From an uncultured Planctomycetales bacterium (lineage in GTDB: Bacteria > Omnitrophota > Gorgyraeia > Zapsychrales > Fredricksoniimonadaceae): 64,000 nucleotides of DNA. The translations under genes and the position numbers were made by a program. The notes under the pieces are model-generated. The model searched no databases. It was not told the DNA's origin and worked only from the letters and a program-made list of their open reading frames with translations. The stretch is from assembly GCA_964572155.1 (NCBI GenBank), contig CAZNDZ010000001.1:143300-207299 (forward strand), in the 5' to 3' direction. Of the stretch, positions 9,063-19,867 are shown in pieces (within the stretch, counting starts at the first letter, position 1; the number at the start of each line of letters is the position of its first letter).

Positions 9063-9964
9063 CGCTGTACACTTCCAATCAAATCTTTAATGTCGTTGAT
9101 GTTATGTTCTTTCATATATGCCTCAATGCCCTCGAGCACTTCCATCGGTGCACGGGGATTAACAAAGTTCATGGTACCAACCGCCACCATTGACGCGCCA
9201 GCAATGATAAACTCAAGCGCATCTTGAGCGCTGGCAATGCCACCCATGCCAATGATGGGGATCTTAACGCGATTATAAACCTTATGGACCATGGCAACAG
9301 CGATCGGGCGAATGGCAGGACCTGATAGGCCACCGGTAAAATTACCAATCTTTGATCGACGGGTTTTAATGTCAATCGCCATCGCCGTAAAGGTGTTGAC
9401 CAAGCTCACCGCATCGGCGCCACCTTGCTCTGCAGCTAAAGCAATGTCACTAATGTCAGTGACATTGGGCGATAATTTGGCAATGACAGGAAATTTTGAA
9501 ACACCTTTGATGGCTTTTAACAAACTTTCCGTCGCTTGTGGATCTTGGGCGACCAAGGTCTTATGATTTAAGTTGGGGCATGACAGGTTAAGCTCAACAG
9601 CTGTGATACCTTCTTGAGAATTAATCTTTTCAATGATGCCCATGAATTGCTCGGGGGAATGGCCAAGGACGCTCACAATAAGCGGTACGCCGATCTTCTT
9701 AAATGATGGCAATTTATCTTTGATAAACCCGTCGATACCTGGGTTTTCAATCCCAATCGCATTAATCATACCCGACGGGGTTTCAACAATGCGCACCGGC
9801 TTATTGCCCACTTGCGCGGCAAAGGTCACGGTTTTGGGGATAATCGCGCCTAAATGTTTTACTTCTTCTAAATTAAAATATCGTTCCGCATGGCCAAAGG
9901 TACCTGAAGCCACGGTCACGGGATTTTTAAATTGGGCATTGCCTATCTTAATTGAAATATTCAT
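9059..9964 (-). CDS. pyrD: dihydroorotate dehydrogenase (class 1B) catalytic subunit
   Basis: 301 aa; NPVTVASGTFG..ETPSGMINAIGIENPG..LSCPN motifs. Confidence 0.9.
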   Translation of the reverse strand: MNISIKIGNAQFKNPVTVASGTFGHAERYFNLEEVKHLGAIIPKTVTFAAQVGNKPVRIVETPSGMINAIGIENPGIDGFIKDKLPSFKKIGVPLIVSVLGHSPEQFMGIIEKINSQEGITAVELNLSCPNLNHKTLVAQDPQATESLLKAIKGVSKFPVIAKLSPNVTDISDIALAAEQGGADAVSLVNTFTAMAIDIKTRRSKIGNFTGGLSGPAIRPIAVAMVHKVYNRVKIPIIGMGGIASAQDALEFIIAGASMVAVGTMNFVNPRAPMEVLEGIEAYMKEHNINDIKDLIGSVQR

Positions 9965-10740
9965 TAGTGAAATTTAACCTCATCCAACGGGAACGCTGGC
10001 CCGTCATAACATACTGTCTTAAATCCTTTGGTTGTTTCAATCGAACAACCCAAACATGCTCCTAACGCACAGGCCATGATTTCTTCGCAAGCGGCTTGCC
10101 CTTGCAATTGATGTTTGCCGGCAAATTCTTGAACGGCCTTCATCATGGGGTTTGGACCACAGGTATAGAGAAATGTGTTTTTAGGATTAACGTCGATCTT
10201 ATCAAACAAACCGCTCACGCGTCCTTTAAAACCAACAGAACCATCGTCGCTGGCTATATGCACTCGAACACCTAGTTCCTTAAAATCTGTTAAAGGATAA
10301 ACATGCGCGCGTGTCCGCCCACCGTAAATTAAGGTAAGGTCATATTTTAATTCTTTAAGTGCGTCCGACAAAATAAGCATGGGAGCAACCCCGATACCTC
10401 CGGCAATCATCACGACCTTTTTAATACCTGCAGGTGGTAAAACAAACGGCGTGCCTAAAGGACCTAAAACATCCAAGGTGTCGCCTTTTTTCTTTAATGA
10501 CAAGATCTTGGTGCCTGGACCTTTGACATCATAAAAGATGGAGACATATTTTTGTGCCCGATACACGCTAAATGGTCGACGGAAGAATGGTTCAAAGCCT
10601 GTTTCATTGGTGCGGATGTGCACAAATTGACCGGCCTTTACTTCTTGGGCAAGTTGCGGCGCATTAAATGTTAAGCGCCAATATTGCGGACACAATTTTT
10701 CGTTGCTGACAACCGTATAAATGTTTTGTATTTTTTCCAT
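9964..10740 (-). CDS. pyrK: dihydroorotate dehydrogenase electron-transfer subunit
   Basis: 258 aa; FAD/NAD-binding fold RPFSV..GGIGVAPM; C-terminal 2Fe-2S cysteine cluster CACALGACLGC. Confidence 0.85.
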   Translation of the reverse strand: MEKIQNIYTVVSNEKLCPQYWRLTFNAPQLAQEVKAGQFVHIRTNETGFEPFFRRPFSVYRAQKYVSIFYDVKGPGTKILSLKKKGDTLDVLGPLGTPFVLPPAGIKKVVMIAGGIGVAPMLILSDALKELKYDLTLIYGGRTRAHVYPLTDFKELGVRVHIASDDGSVGFKGRVSGLFDKIDVNPKNTFLYTCGPNPMMKAVQEFAGKHQLQGQAACEEIMACALGACLGCSIETTKGFKTVCYDGPAFPLDEVKFH

Positions 10741-10760
10741 AAGAAATTTAGTATATCAAA

Positions 10761-11564
10761 TTACCTTTGGCATTTCTTGCAATAAAATGTACTTCTTCCT
10801 GCCTGCACAATACGGACAATGGGTGTTTTACAGACGGTGCAAGGCTCATTGTCCCTCGCATAAACCTGTATGGCCTTATTGAAATTTCCTTTTTGCCCAG
10901 CCCCGTCACGGTAATTACGCATGGAAGAACCGCGCAAATCAATGGCATGTTGCAAAACATCCCGTGTCTTCTTTAAGAGCAGTGGTATTTCTGTTTTTCG
11001 AATCTGTTGTGCAGCCCTAGTTGGATTGATCTTGCTTTGAAACAAGATTTCACTGGCGTAAATATTACCAATACCAGCGACGAAGACATGATCCAGTAGG
11101 ACGCTTTTAATTGGGCGCGATGTCTTTTTTAAACATGCGCCTATGTAATTTTCATTAAACCCTTGTTCAAATGGCTCGGGTCCCAACAGACTAAAGTGTT
11201 TGATCTCTTTGAGATCCTTAACCACACGCAGCTGCCCAAAGACACGTTGATCGTTATATAAAAGTTTGGTTTTATCGAGGCTGAAATGAATGTGGCTATG
11301 TTTATCGGCTTGGCCGTTTACAACCAGCTGGCCTGTCATCATGACTTGCACAACAAGGAATTCACCACCGCTTAAGACAAAAACCAACGCTTTTCCTCGT
11401 CGACGAATCGCTTCAATAGTCTGACCTTTTAAACGATTAACAAAATCTTTTGTGGGTTGACGCAAGACACGATCATCTTTCACATCAATTGAAATAATGC
11501 GTTGGCCTTGGATGGTTTTTTCTAAATCACGTCGAATGGTCTCTACTTCAGGTAGTTCAGGCAT
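10761..11564 (-). CDS. mutM: formamidopyrimidine-DNA glycosylase
   Basis: the canonical N-terminus MPELPEVETIRRDL must follow the initiator Met (catalytic Pro2), so the start is at 11564, not the ORF-track 11591; C-terminal zinc finger CTVCKTPI..FYCKKCQ. Confidence 0.9.
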   Translation of the reverse strand: MPELPEVETIRRDLEKTIQGQRIISIDVKDDRVLRQPTKDFVNRLKGQTIEAIRRRGKALVFVLSGGEFLVVQVMMTGQLVVNGQADKHSHIHFSLDKTKLLYNDQRVFGQLRVVKDLKEIKHFSLLGPEPFEQGFNENYIGACLKKTSRPIKSVLLDHVFVAGIGNIYASEILFQSKINPTRAAQQIRKTEIPLLLKKTRDVLQHAIDLRGSSMRNYRDGAGQKGNFNKAIQVYARDNEPCTVCKTPIVRIVQAGRSTFYCKKCQR

Positions 11565-12030
11565 GTTGTAATTTCTTGATGATCTTCTCAATTTTTTCTT
11601 GAGCTTCGTCTAAATTCTTAACCTCAATCATCCCATTGATCTTCCAATTACCTAAATCAATGACGGGACGGCCATAGACCAGCGCATAACAAATTTCAGA
11701 ATTGGTGCCATAGCTGCCCGGTAAAGCAATGACAATGTCGGCGGCACAGGCAACAATGACGTTACGGGAATACCCGATCGACGTCGGCAGGGCAATATCT
11801 ATATACGGGTTCGCATCCGCTTTATCTTTGCCTGGCAAAATGCCAATCGTTAATCCGCCGGCTTTCTGAGCACCCTCTGCCGCAGCTTCCATCGCCCCAC
11901 CCAAACCACCGCAAATTAAAATGCAATCAAGTGAAGCAATCATCCGCCCAACCTTCATGGCTAAATCTTCAACCTTGACGCTAATGGAACTACCACCTAT
12001 AACCGAAATCGTAATCTTCTGTTTTCTCAT
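11557..12030 (-). CDS. TIGR00725 / LOG-family Rossmann-fold protein
   Basis: 157 aa; ISVIGGSS..GGLGGAMEAAAEGAQKAGGLTIGILPG signature. Confidence 0.65.
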   Translation of the reverse strand: MRKQKITISVIGGSSISVKVEDLAMKVGRMIASLDCILICGGLGGAMEAAAEGAQKAGGLTIGILPGKDKADANPYIDIALPTSIGYSRNVIVACAADIVIALPGSYGTNSEICYALVYGRPVIDLGNWKINGMIEVKNLDEAQEKIEKIIKKLQHA

Positions 12031-12060
12031 ATCTACTTTCTAAAATTAAAGACCAACAAA

Positions 12061-12132
12061 CGCGCCCGGCGGGACTCGAACCTGCATCGACAGCTCCGGA
12101 GGCTGTTGCCTTATCCATTAGGCCACGGGCGC
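12061..12132 (-). tRNA. tRNA-Arg (anticodon CCG)
   Basis: reverse complement GCGCCCGTGGCCTAATGGATAAGGCAACAGCCTCCGGAGCTGTCGATGCAGGTTCGAGTCCCGCCGGGCGCG; anticodon loop CTCCGGA; embedded inside the pyr operon. Confidence 0.8.
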
Positions 12133-12137
12133 AAAAA

Positions 12138-13415
12138 TTATGCCTTATAGACAACTTTCCCGCCGCAAATCGTGGCACATACGTGACCTTTTAATGTCCA
12201 TCCGATAAAAGGAGAGTTTTTTGACTTTGAAACAAAGCCTTCTTTGGTGACGACCCACTCTTTATCTTCGTCGATGATGGCAATATCGGCATCCATCCCC
12301 TCTTTGATCGTGCCTTTGTTGGTTAACCCAACAATGCGGGCTGGTGCGGTCGACATTTTCTCAACTAATTTTGGTAAATCAATGTGTCCTGGTTTTACTA
12401 GTTCTTTGATCGTTAAACCTAGTGAGGTTTCTAAACCAATCAACCCAAACGGCGCTCCGTCGAAACCAACTTCTTTGTCTTCATTGGTATGCGGCGCATG
12501 GTCGGTGACGATGCAATCGATCGTGCCATCGACAATCCCTGCAATGATGGCATCCACGTCAGATTGCGCACGTAGCGGCGGATTAACTTTTGTCGATGTA
12601 TCAAAACCTGCACAGGCCTCGTCGGTTAATGCAAAATGATGTGGGCACGCTTCAGCGGTTACTTTAATCCCTTGGGCCTTAGCCTGACGGATGAGTTCAA
12701 TCGAACGCTTGAGCGACATATGACACAAGTGCACCCGTGCATCTAAATAATTGGCAATCTCAATGTCGCGCGCAACCGTGACCGTTTCTGCAATTCCTGG
12801 GTCGCCTTTTAAACCAATGCGCGTGGAAACTTCACCTTCATTCATGACACCTCCAGCGGTAAGCAAAGGATCTTGGCAATGTTCGATGATCAAAAGATCT
12901 AACATCTTGGCATATTCCATGGCCAGACGAAATAAGCGGCTATTGAGGACCGATTTGCCATCATCAGAAAGCGCCAAACATCCTGCCGCCTTAAGCTCTG
13001 ACATATCGGTTAACTCGCCGTCATTTTGACCCTTGGTGATGGCGCCAATAGGATAAACATTGCATAAACCAACTCGCCGGGCTTCGCGAATAATGAATTC
13101 AACAACCATCGCATTATCGGTCACAGGTGTTGTATTTGGCATGCAAAAAATTGACGTAAACCCACCTTTGACAGCCGCTTTCGATCCTGTTTCAATGGTT
13201 TCTTTATCCTCACGCCCAGGTTGGCGCAAGTGCACATGGATATCAATGAGGCCCGGTAAAACTTTTCTATCTTTAGCATCGACAATCTCATGCTTGTCAT
13301 TGGCAATCGCAGGGGCAATTTTTACAATCTTGCCGTCTTCGCATAAAATATCTTGGGGCTTATCCCAAATCTTATCGCTGTTAACAATCGTTGCATTCTT
13401 AATCAGTAATCCCAT
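12138..13415 (-). CDS. pyrC: dihydroorotase
   Basis: metal-binding DIHVHLRQPG and downstream His/Asp blocks; preferred start is ATG at 13415 (MGLLIKNATIV), giving a TAAtATG junction with pyrB; the ORF-track start at 13436 is a TTG. Confidence 0.9.
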   Translation of the reverse strand: MGLLIKNATIVNSDKIWDKPQDILCEDGKIVKIAPAIANDKHEIVDAKDRKVLPGLIDIHVHLRQPGREDKETIETGSKAAVKGGFTSIFCMPNTTPVTDNAMVVEFIIREARRVGLCNVYPIGAITKGQNDGELTDMSELKAAGCLALSDDGKSVLNSRLFRLAMEYAKMLDLLIIEHCQDPLLTAGGVMNEGEVSTRIGLKGDPGIAETVTVARDIEIANYLDARVHLCHMSLKRSIELIRQAKAQGIKVTAEACPHHFALTDEACAGFDTSTKVNPPLRAQSDVDAIIAGIVDGTIDCIVTDHAPHTNEDKEVGFDGAPFGLIGLETSLGLTIKELVKPGHIDLPKLVEKMSTAPARIVGLTNKGTIKEGMDADIAIIDEDKEWVVTKEGFVSKSKNSPFIGWTLKGHVCATICGGKVVYKA

Positions 13416-13416
13416 A

Positions 13417-14920
<1,504 letters not shown>

Positions 14921-14978
14921 GAAACGTTAATCGAATTACAAAACTATAACATCCTTTCTTAAAATGCGCAAGTACCCC

Positions 14979-15006
14979 TTGCCTTATTGTGATTATGTTT
15001 TATACT
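14979..15006 (+). promoter_or_regulatory. sigma70-like promoter TTGCCT-16nt-TATACT placed for a leaderless transcript
   Basis: the -10 hexamer ends 6 nt before the ATG at 15013 and no SD precedes it, consistent with leaderless initiation. Confidence 0.3.
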
Positions 15007-15012
15007 TTAACT

Positions 15013-16254
15013 ATGAGACCACGTATCCTAATAGGACTACTTGCAGCAACCACCATTCCTCTCATTGCCTACGCCGGCACCTTAACCATGACTACCTATT
15101 ACCCAGCACCAACCGGTAATTACGACGTCCTAAACGCCAGCTCAATCGGCATCGGCACGGTCACAACCCGAGACAGACTAACTGTCGCTGGCTCTGGAAC
15201 TGGATATGCAGTAATCGGAGGATTAACCGGTTGTGGTTCAAATGTTACTGGTATTCAATTGAATGGCTCAGCGCTTACCTGTAATGACCATAATATGTCT
15301 ATGAATGGCAATAACCTAAGAATAAATAGGCCCAGTACTGGCACCATTATATTTAGACATGATAACAGCACTCAAATGACGCTCGATGCTACTGGAAACC
15401 TCGGTATTGGCATAACACCAACTAGTTTATTGCATGTAAACGGCGCTTCCAACCTTGTTGGTGCTGTAACCATGGGAAGCACTGCCAGTATTGCTGGAGC
15501 TGCAACCATCACAGGAGCTACCACACTTAATGGGGTTACAACGCTCAACAATAGCACAACTGCCAATAGTAATTTTACTGTTGCAGCTGGTGGTTTATCC
15601 GTTAATGCAGGTGTTGCAACCACCTTAAGCGGACCAGCCACCGCAGCAAATGGATTAACCGTTAGCGCAGGTGGTCTTGCAGTTACAGGTGCTACATCAA
15701 TAACTGGCAATACAACCATCACAGGCAATGCAAGCGTGTCTGGCACAACCACCCATACAGGTGCAACAACCTTAACAGGCGGCATTAACGGTGGCGCTAC
15801 TGTTAATACTGGAAATCTTACAGTAACTGTAGGTAATCTTGCTGTTAACGCTGGCAACCTCACGGTTGGCGGCACATCAACATTTACAGGCGCTTCTACA
15901 ATAAATAACAGTCTAACGGTAACTGGCAATGTGTCTGCCAATGGATTTTTCTATTCTTCTGACAAGCGCTTAAAAACACAGGTACAACCCATTTTCGACC
16001 CAATAGAAAAAGTAAAACAGCTCAAAGGTGTCACGTTCCGTTGGAAAAAAGATCGCAAGAAGTCTGTCGGTATCATTGCCCAAGATGTTGAAAAAGTATT
16101 TCCCGAACTTGTCCATACTGACAAACAAGGCATGAAATCTGTCGCATACCCTAACCTCATTGGCCTCTTGATTGAGACCACCAAAGAACAACAAAAACAA
16201 ATCGATGCGCTCAAAAAAGAAGTTGCCCAATTGCGCAAAGAGATAAAAAGGTGA
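15013..16254 (+). CDS. secreted phage tail-fibre-like protein with C-terminal intramolecular-chaperone (peptidase S74) domain
   Basis: signal peptide MRPRILIGLLAATTIPLIAYA|G; long G/T/N/A-rich beta-helix-type repeats (TGATTLTGGINGGATVNTGNLTV...); C-terminal SDKRLK autocleavage motif followed by VGIIAQDVEKVFPELV and a coiled coil. Confidence 0.75.
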   Translation: MRPRILIGLLAATTIPLIAYAGTLTMTTYYPAPTGNYDVLNASSIGIGTVTTRDRLTVAGSGTGYAVIGGLTGCGSNVTGIQLNGSALTCNDHNMSMNGNNLRINRPSTGTIIFRHDNSTQMTLDATGNLGIGITPTSLLHVNGASNLVGAVTMGSTASIAGAATITGATTLNGVTTLNNSTTANSNFTVAAGGLSVNAGVATTLSGPATAANGLTVSAGGLAVTGATSITGNTTITGNASVSGTTTHTGATTLTGGINGGATVNTGNLTVTVGNLAVNAGNLTVGGTSTFTGASTINNSLTVTGNVSANGFFYSSDKRLKTQVQPIFDPIEKVKQLKGVTFRWKKDRKKSVGIIAQDVEKVFPELVHTDKQGMKSVAYPNLIGLLIETTKEQQKQIDALKKEVAQLRKEIKR

Positions 16255-16258
16255 CGAT

Positions 16259-16284
16259 AAAAAGGTGACAGTCACCTTTTTATG
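16259..16284. repeat. REP-like palindrome AAAAAGGTGACAGTCACCTTTTTAT, also an intrinsic-terminator hairpin for the tail-fibre-like gene
   Basis: perfect palindrome with U-run on the plus strand; a partial direct copy AGATAAAAAGGTGAC sits immediately upstream at 16241-16255; inverted partner at 17054-17082. Confidence 0.6.
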
Positions 16285-16290
16285 TTAAAT

Positions 16291-16319
16291 TTGACAAATT
16301 TGCTTTTGTCTTTTAATAT
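16291..16319 (+). promoter_or_regulatory. sigma70-like promoter TTGACA-17nt-TAATAT upstream of the RAYT gene
   Basis: consensus -35 and a good -10 with 17-nt spacer; AGGA SD before the ATG at 16399. Confidence 0.35.
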
Positions 16320-16398
16320 TTAAATGCGCTTTAAATCCCCCTTTAAAGTGCTTTATTTTTAAATCTAAACTCCCCCTTACAAAATCCTAGGAATAAAC

Positions 16399-17058
16399 AT
16401 GCCACGTCGCGCCCGCATTGTTCTACCCGGTTACTTTCATCACGTAACTCAACGAGGAAACTATCAGCAAAATGTATTCTTAAGCAATCAAGATCGAGCA
16501 GTATATTTAAAATACATTGATGAAAATGCTCAAAAATATGGTCTGAACATTTATGCTTTTTGCTTAATGGACAATCACGTACACTTTATTGTGACCCCTA
16601 TAAGCAAAGATTCACTTTCAAATACTTTTCGTGTCGCTCATCAACGATATGCTTTGTATGTAAATAAAAGAGGTCGACAATTGGGGCACCTATGGCAATC
16701 TCGTTTCTACTCCTGCATCTTATTAGGAGAACACATTGCCCGCGCTATTCGTTACGTAGAACGTAACCCAGTACGAGCAGGATTGGTAAATAAACCGGAA
16801 GATTTCTTATGGTCTAGCGCTCGATCACATTTTGGGAAAAGATATAGAATAATATCCTTAACTGATATCCCAAAATATATTACTGTTGAATCTTGGAAGA
16901 AATACCTTACAAGTGAAGATGCGCCTGAAGATTTGCAAGAAATACGAGCTAATACACTTCAAGGAAAAGCTTTTGGAAATGTAAACTCCATTGAAATTCT
17001 AGAGAAACAAATTGATAGAAATTTAGTGTTTTGCCCTCAAGGAAGACCTAAAAGATAA
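16399..17058 (+). CDS. REP-associated tyrosine transposase (RAYT, IS200/IS605-like Y1 HUH transposase)
   Basis: 219 aa; MPRRARIVLPGYFHHVTQRGN, HUH motif NHVHFIV, catalytic-Tyr block RYVERNPVRAGLV. Confidence 0.8.
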   Translation: MPRRARIVLPGYFHHVTQRGNYQQNVFLSNQDRAVYLKYIDENAQKYGLNIYAFCLMDNHVHFIVTPISKDSLSNTFRVAHQRYALYVNKRGRQLGHLWQSRFYSCILLGEHIARAIRYVERNPVRAGLVNKPEDFLWSSARSHFGKRYRIISLTDIPKYITVESWKKYLTSEDAPEDLQEIRANTLQGKAFGNVNSIEILEKQIDRNLVFCPQGRPKR

Positions 17059-17082
17059 AAAGGTGACTGTCACCTTTTTACC
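17054..17082. repeat. REP-like palindrome GATAAAAAGGTGACTGTCACCTTTTTACC, inverted partner of 16259-16284
   Basis: identical to the upstream palindrome except the central base (A vs T), as expected for an inverted copy; overlaps the RAYT stop codon. Confidence 0.6.
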
Positions 17083-17737
17083 TTTTTATTAAGACGACAA
17101 ACTCACCCTTGGGTGGGTGTTTTAAAAAATGTGCCTGCAGTTCTTTGGCGGTCCCCTGCTTGACCTCTTCAAACATCTTGGTTAGTTCCCGAGCGCAAAC
17201 GACCGTGGCATCTTCTAAAACTTCTTCAATGTCTTTCAAGGTCTTTTCAATGCGGTGCGGCGATTCATAAAAGATGGCGGTGCCGTCAAAATCTTTGAGC
17301 GTTTCCAATACCTTGCGCCTTGCGCCTGATTTAACGGGCAAAAACCCTTCAAAAATAAAACGATGCGCTGGTAAACCCGACGCTGTTAGGGCCATAATGG
17401 CAGCACATGGGCCTGGGAGTACTTCGATCTTAATGCCTTCGGCGAGCGCAGCTTGAATCAACGGATAGCCTGGGTCACTAATGCCTGGTGTTCCTGCGTC
17501 GCTGACCAACGCCACCTTCTTACCCTCTTTTAACTTTGCGATGATGTCTTTGGTCTTAATGGCTTGATTGTGTTCGAAAAAACTAATCAAGGGTTTTGAA
17601 ATTTGATACGCATCGAGCAAGATTTTAGTGTGGCGCGTATCTTCTGCGGCAATATAATCCACGTCTTTTAATGTTTCTAAAGCACGCAGCGTAATGTCTT
17701 TTAAATTTCCGATGGGGGTTGCAACGATATACAGCAT
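17078..17737 (-). CDS. rsmI: 16S rRNA (cytidine1402-2'-O)-methyltransferase
   Basis: 219 aa; MLYIVATPIGNLKDITLRALETL..AAEDTRHT signature. Confidence 0.9.
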   Translation of the reverse strand: MLYIVATPIGNLKDITLRALETLKDVDYIAAEDTRHTKILLDAYQISKPLISFFEHNQAIKTKDIIAKLKEGKKVALVSDAGTPGISDPGYPLIQAALAEGIKIEVLPGPCAAIMALTASGLPAHRFIFEGFLPVKSGARRKVLETLKDFDGTAIFYESPHRIEKTLKDIEEVLEDATVVCARELTKMFEEVKQGTAKELQAHFLKHPPKGEFVVLIKR

Positions 17738-19566
17738 TATTCAACCGTGACAGATTTAGCCAAGTTGCGGGGTTGGTCGACGTCGCAGCCGCGTTTGACC
17801 GCCACATAATAAGCCATCAATTGCAAGGGCAAAACAACCAACAATGGGGATAATATCTCGTCGATCAAAGGCACTTCCAAACAATAATCCGCATCTTTTT
17901 GCACATGTTTGTCGCCTTTAGACACAACAGCAATGACGGTACCTTTGCGGGCTTTGATCTCTTGGATATTGGAAACCATTTTTTCATACACATGTGATTG
18001 CGGTGCGATGCAAACAACAGCGCGGTATTCATCAATCAAGGCAATAGGCCCATGCTTCATTTCACCGGCAGCATAGCCTTCGGCAGGGATATATGAAACT
18101 TCTTTGAGCTTTAACGCACCCTCGAGGGCAGATGGGAAATTCACATTGCGTCCTAAAAATAGGAAGCAACCAAAATGAGAATTGGCTTCCGCAACTTTTT
18201 GAATCTTGGCGCGTTGATCTAAAATGGTTTTATATAATGCGGGTACTGCCGCAAGCGATTTCAATGTTTTCTTGGCATTAACCGACGACAATGTGCCGCG
18301 GGCTTGGCCTAAATGTATGGTTAGCAAATACATCATGAGCAATTGCGCGGTGTAGGCTTTGGTGGATGCCACGCCAATTTCAGGACCGGCATGTGTATAC
18401 AAAATCCCATCCGCCTCACGCGCCAAGGATGATCCGATCACATTGCAGATAGCAACAATGGTCGCACCCCGACGTTTGGCTTCCTTTACAGCAGCCAATG
18501 TATCGGCCGTCTCACCAGACTGGCTGATCGCAATGATCAAGGTGTTTTTATCGACGATGGGGTTGCGGTAACGAAATTCGCTGGAGGTATCCACCTCGAC
18601 GCTGATACGCGCCATTTCTTCTAAGGCATATTTCGCAACCATCCCTGCATGATACGCGGTACCACAAGCCACAATGCCAACTTTACGAAATGCTTGTATT
18701 TTTTTAACCGAAAGATCTAAACCTTCCAGATTTAATTTCCCATTCTTTAATCGCAAGTCCAGCATATTCTGAACAACAGTTGGCTGTTCGTGAATTTCTT
18801 TGAGCATGAAATGTGCAAAGCCGTTTTTCTTAGCCGCTTCAACCGAGAATGCGACGGTGTCTACCTTGTAGGCTGCCTTCTTGCCGTCAAACGTTGAAAT
18901 GGCAATATCGCCTTTTTTAATCACGGCCATTTGACCATCTTTTAAATAAATCACCCGACGGGTGCGTTCGATGATGGCGGGGACATCGGAGGCAATATAA
19001 TTGCCTTCATCACTTAAACCAATGATCAACGGCGAACCAACACGCGCGGCAATCAATGTATCAGGATGATATTTGCAAATGATGCCAACTGCAAAAGCAC
19101 CTTGCAATTCATTTAATGTCTGACGCACGGCCAAGGCAAAATCACCTTTATAATGCGTCGCTAATAAATGAGCAATGACTTCAGTGTCTGTTTGAGAGAC
19201 AAACTTTACGCCTTTTTTAACTAGCTTGGTTTTAATCTCTAAATAATTTTCGATAATGCCGTTATGAACAACGGCAAATTGATGCTTGGTATCTGTATGC
19301 GGATGGGAATTAATGTCGCTTGGGCCCCCATGGGTTGCCCAGCGGGTATGGCAAATGCCAATCGGGGCAAAAGGCAGTGGTTCTTTGGATAAAACCCCCT
19401 CTAGCGCGCTTATTTTCCCCTTGGATTTGCGGACAAACAAAAGGGCGTCGCTATTTAACACAGCGACGCCACTAGAATCGTAACCACGGTATTCGAGTCT
19501 TTTAAGGCTGTCTAACAAGATTGGTGTTGCATTCGCACCACCGATAAAGCCTACGATACCGCACAT
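17737..19566 (-). CDS. glmS: glutamine--fructose-6-phosphate aminotransferase
   Basis: 609 aa; N-terminal MCGIVG nucleophile, HTRWATHG, two SIS domains (ISQSGETADTL), C-terminal KSVTVE. Confidence 0.95.
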   Translation of the reverse strand: MCGIVGFIGGANATPILLDSLKRLEYRGYDSSGVAVLNSDALLFVRKSKGKISALEGVLSKEPLPFAPIGICHTRWATHGGPSDINSHPHTDTKHQFAVVHNGIIENYLEIKTKLVKKGVKFVSQTDTEVIAHLLATHYKGDFALAVRQTLNELQGAFAVGIICKYHPDTLIAARVGSPLIIGLSDEGNYIASDVPAIIERTRRVIYLKDGQMAVIKKGDIAISTFDGKKAAYKVDTVAFSVEAAKKNGFAHFMLKEIHEQPTVVQNMLDLRLKNGKLNLEGLDLSVKKIQAFRKVGIVACGTAYHAGMVAKYALEEMARISVEVDTSSEFRYRNPIVDKNTLIIAISQSGETADTLAAVKEAKRRGATIVAICNVIGSSLAREADGILYTHAGPEIGVASTKAYTAQLLMMYLLTIHLGQARGTLSSVNAKKTLKSLAAVPALYKTILDQRAKIQKVAEANSHFGCFLFLGRNVNFPSALEGALKLKEVSYIPAEGYAAGEMKHGPIALIDEYRAVVCIAPQSHVYEKMVSNIQEIKARKGTVIAVVSKGDKHVQKDADYCLEVPLIDEILSPLLVVLPLQLMAYYVAVKRGCDVDQPRNLAKSVTVE

Positions 19567-19576
19567 ATCAAATGTT

Positions 19577-19831
19577 TTATTTTGTTGCTACTGGTTTGAT
19601 ATTGATTAACGTGATCACTCTTTTGTAGCCGTTTTTCTTTCTGGTGAAATATACTTCACCGTCGACAGCTGCGGTCAGAGAACTTAAACCGTTCACGTTA
19701 ATGCCTGGTTTCCAGATTTGACCTTGACGGGTTAACACGGTACCTGATTTGACCTTTTGGCCACCAGAAACCTTGACCCCGCGCGTTTCACTATAATATT
19801 TACTTGTTATACCACCTACACGACCACCCAT
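19577..19831 (-). CDS. rpmA: 50S ribosomal protein L27
   Basis: 84 aa; RGVKVSGGQKVKSGTVLTRQ..GINVNG..AAVDGEVYF matches the L27 core; SD GGGAGG 5 nt upstream; no rplU upstream. Confidence 0.8.
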   Translation of the reverse strand: MGGRVGGITSKYYSETRGVKVSGGQKVKSGTVLTRQGQIWKPGINVNGLSSLTAAVDGEVYFTRKKNGYKRVITLINIKPVATK

Positions 19832-19867
19832 AAATGCCTCCCTGAAAGTCTCTTTAAGAAAGGCAAT

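Larger units (their letters stand above)
16241..17084 (+). mobile_element. REP-RAYT-REP unit (REPIN-like domesticated element)
   Basis: single Y1 transposase gene bracketed by an inverted pair of 25-bp palindromes; no terminal inverted repeats of a classical IS seen. Confidence 0.5.

Noticed and set aside
14989-16254. Prophage around the tail-fibre-like gene
   Set aside because: No capsid, terminase, integrase or other tail genes within 10 kb on either side. The neighbours are pyrR and a RAYT, so the gene is treated as stand-alone.
19567-19576. glmS ribozyme upstream of glmS
   Set aside because: Only 10 bp separate glmS from rpmA, so there is no room for a ribozyme leader.
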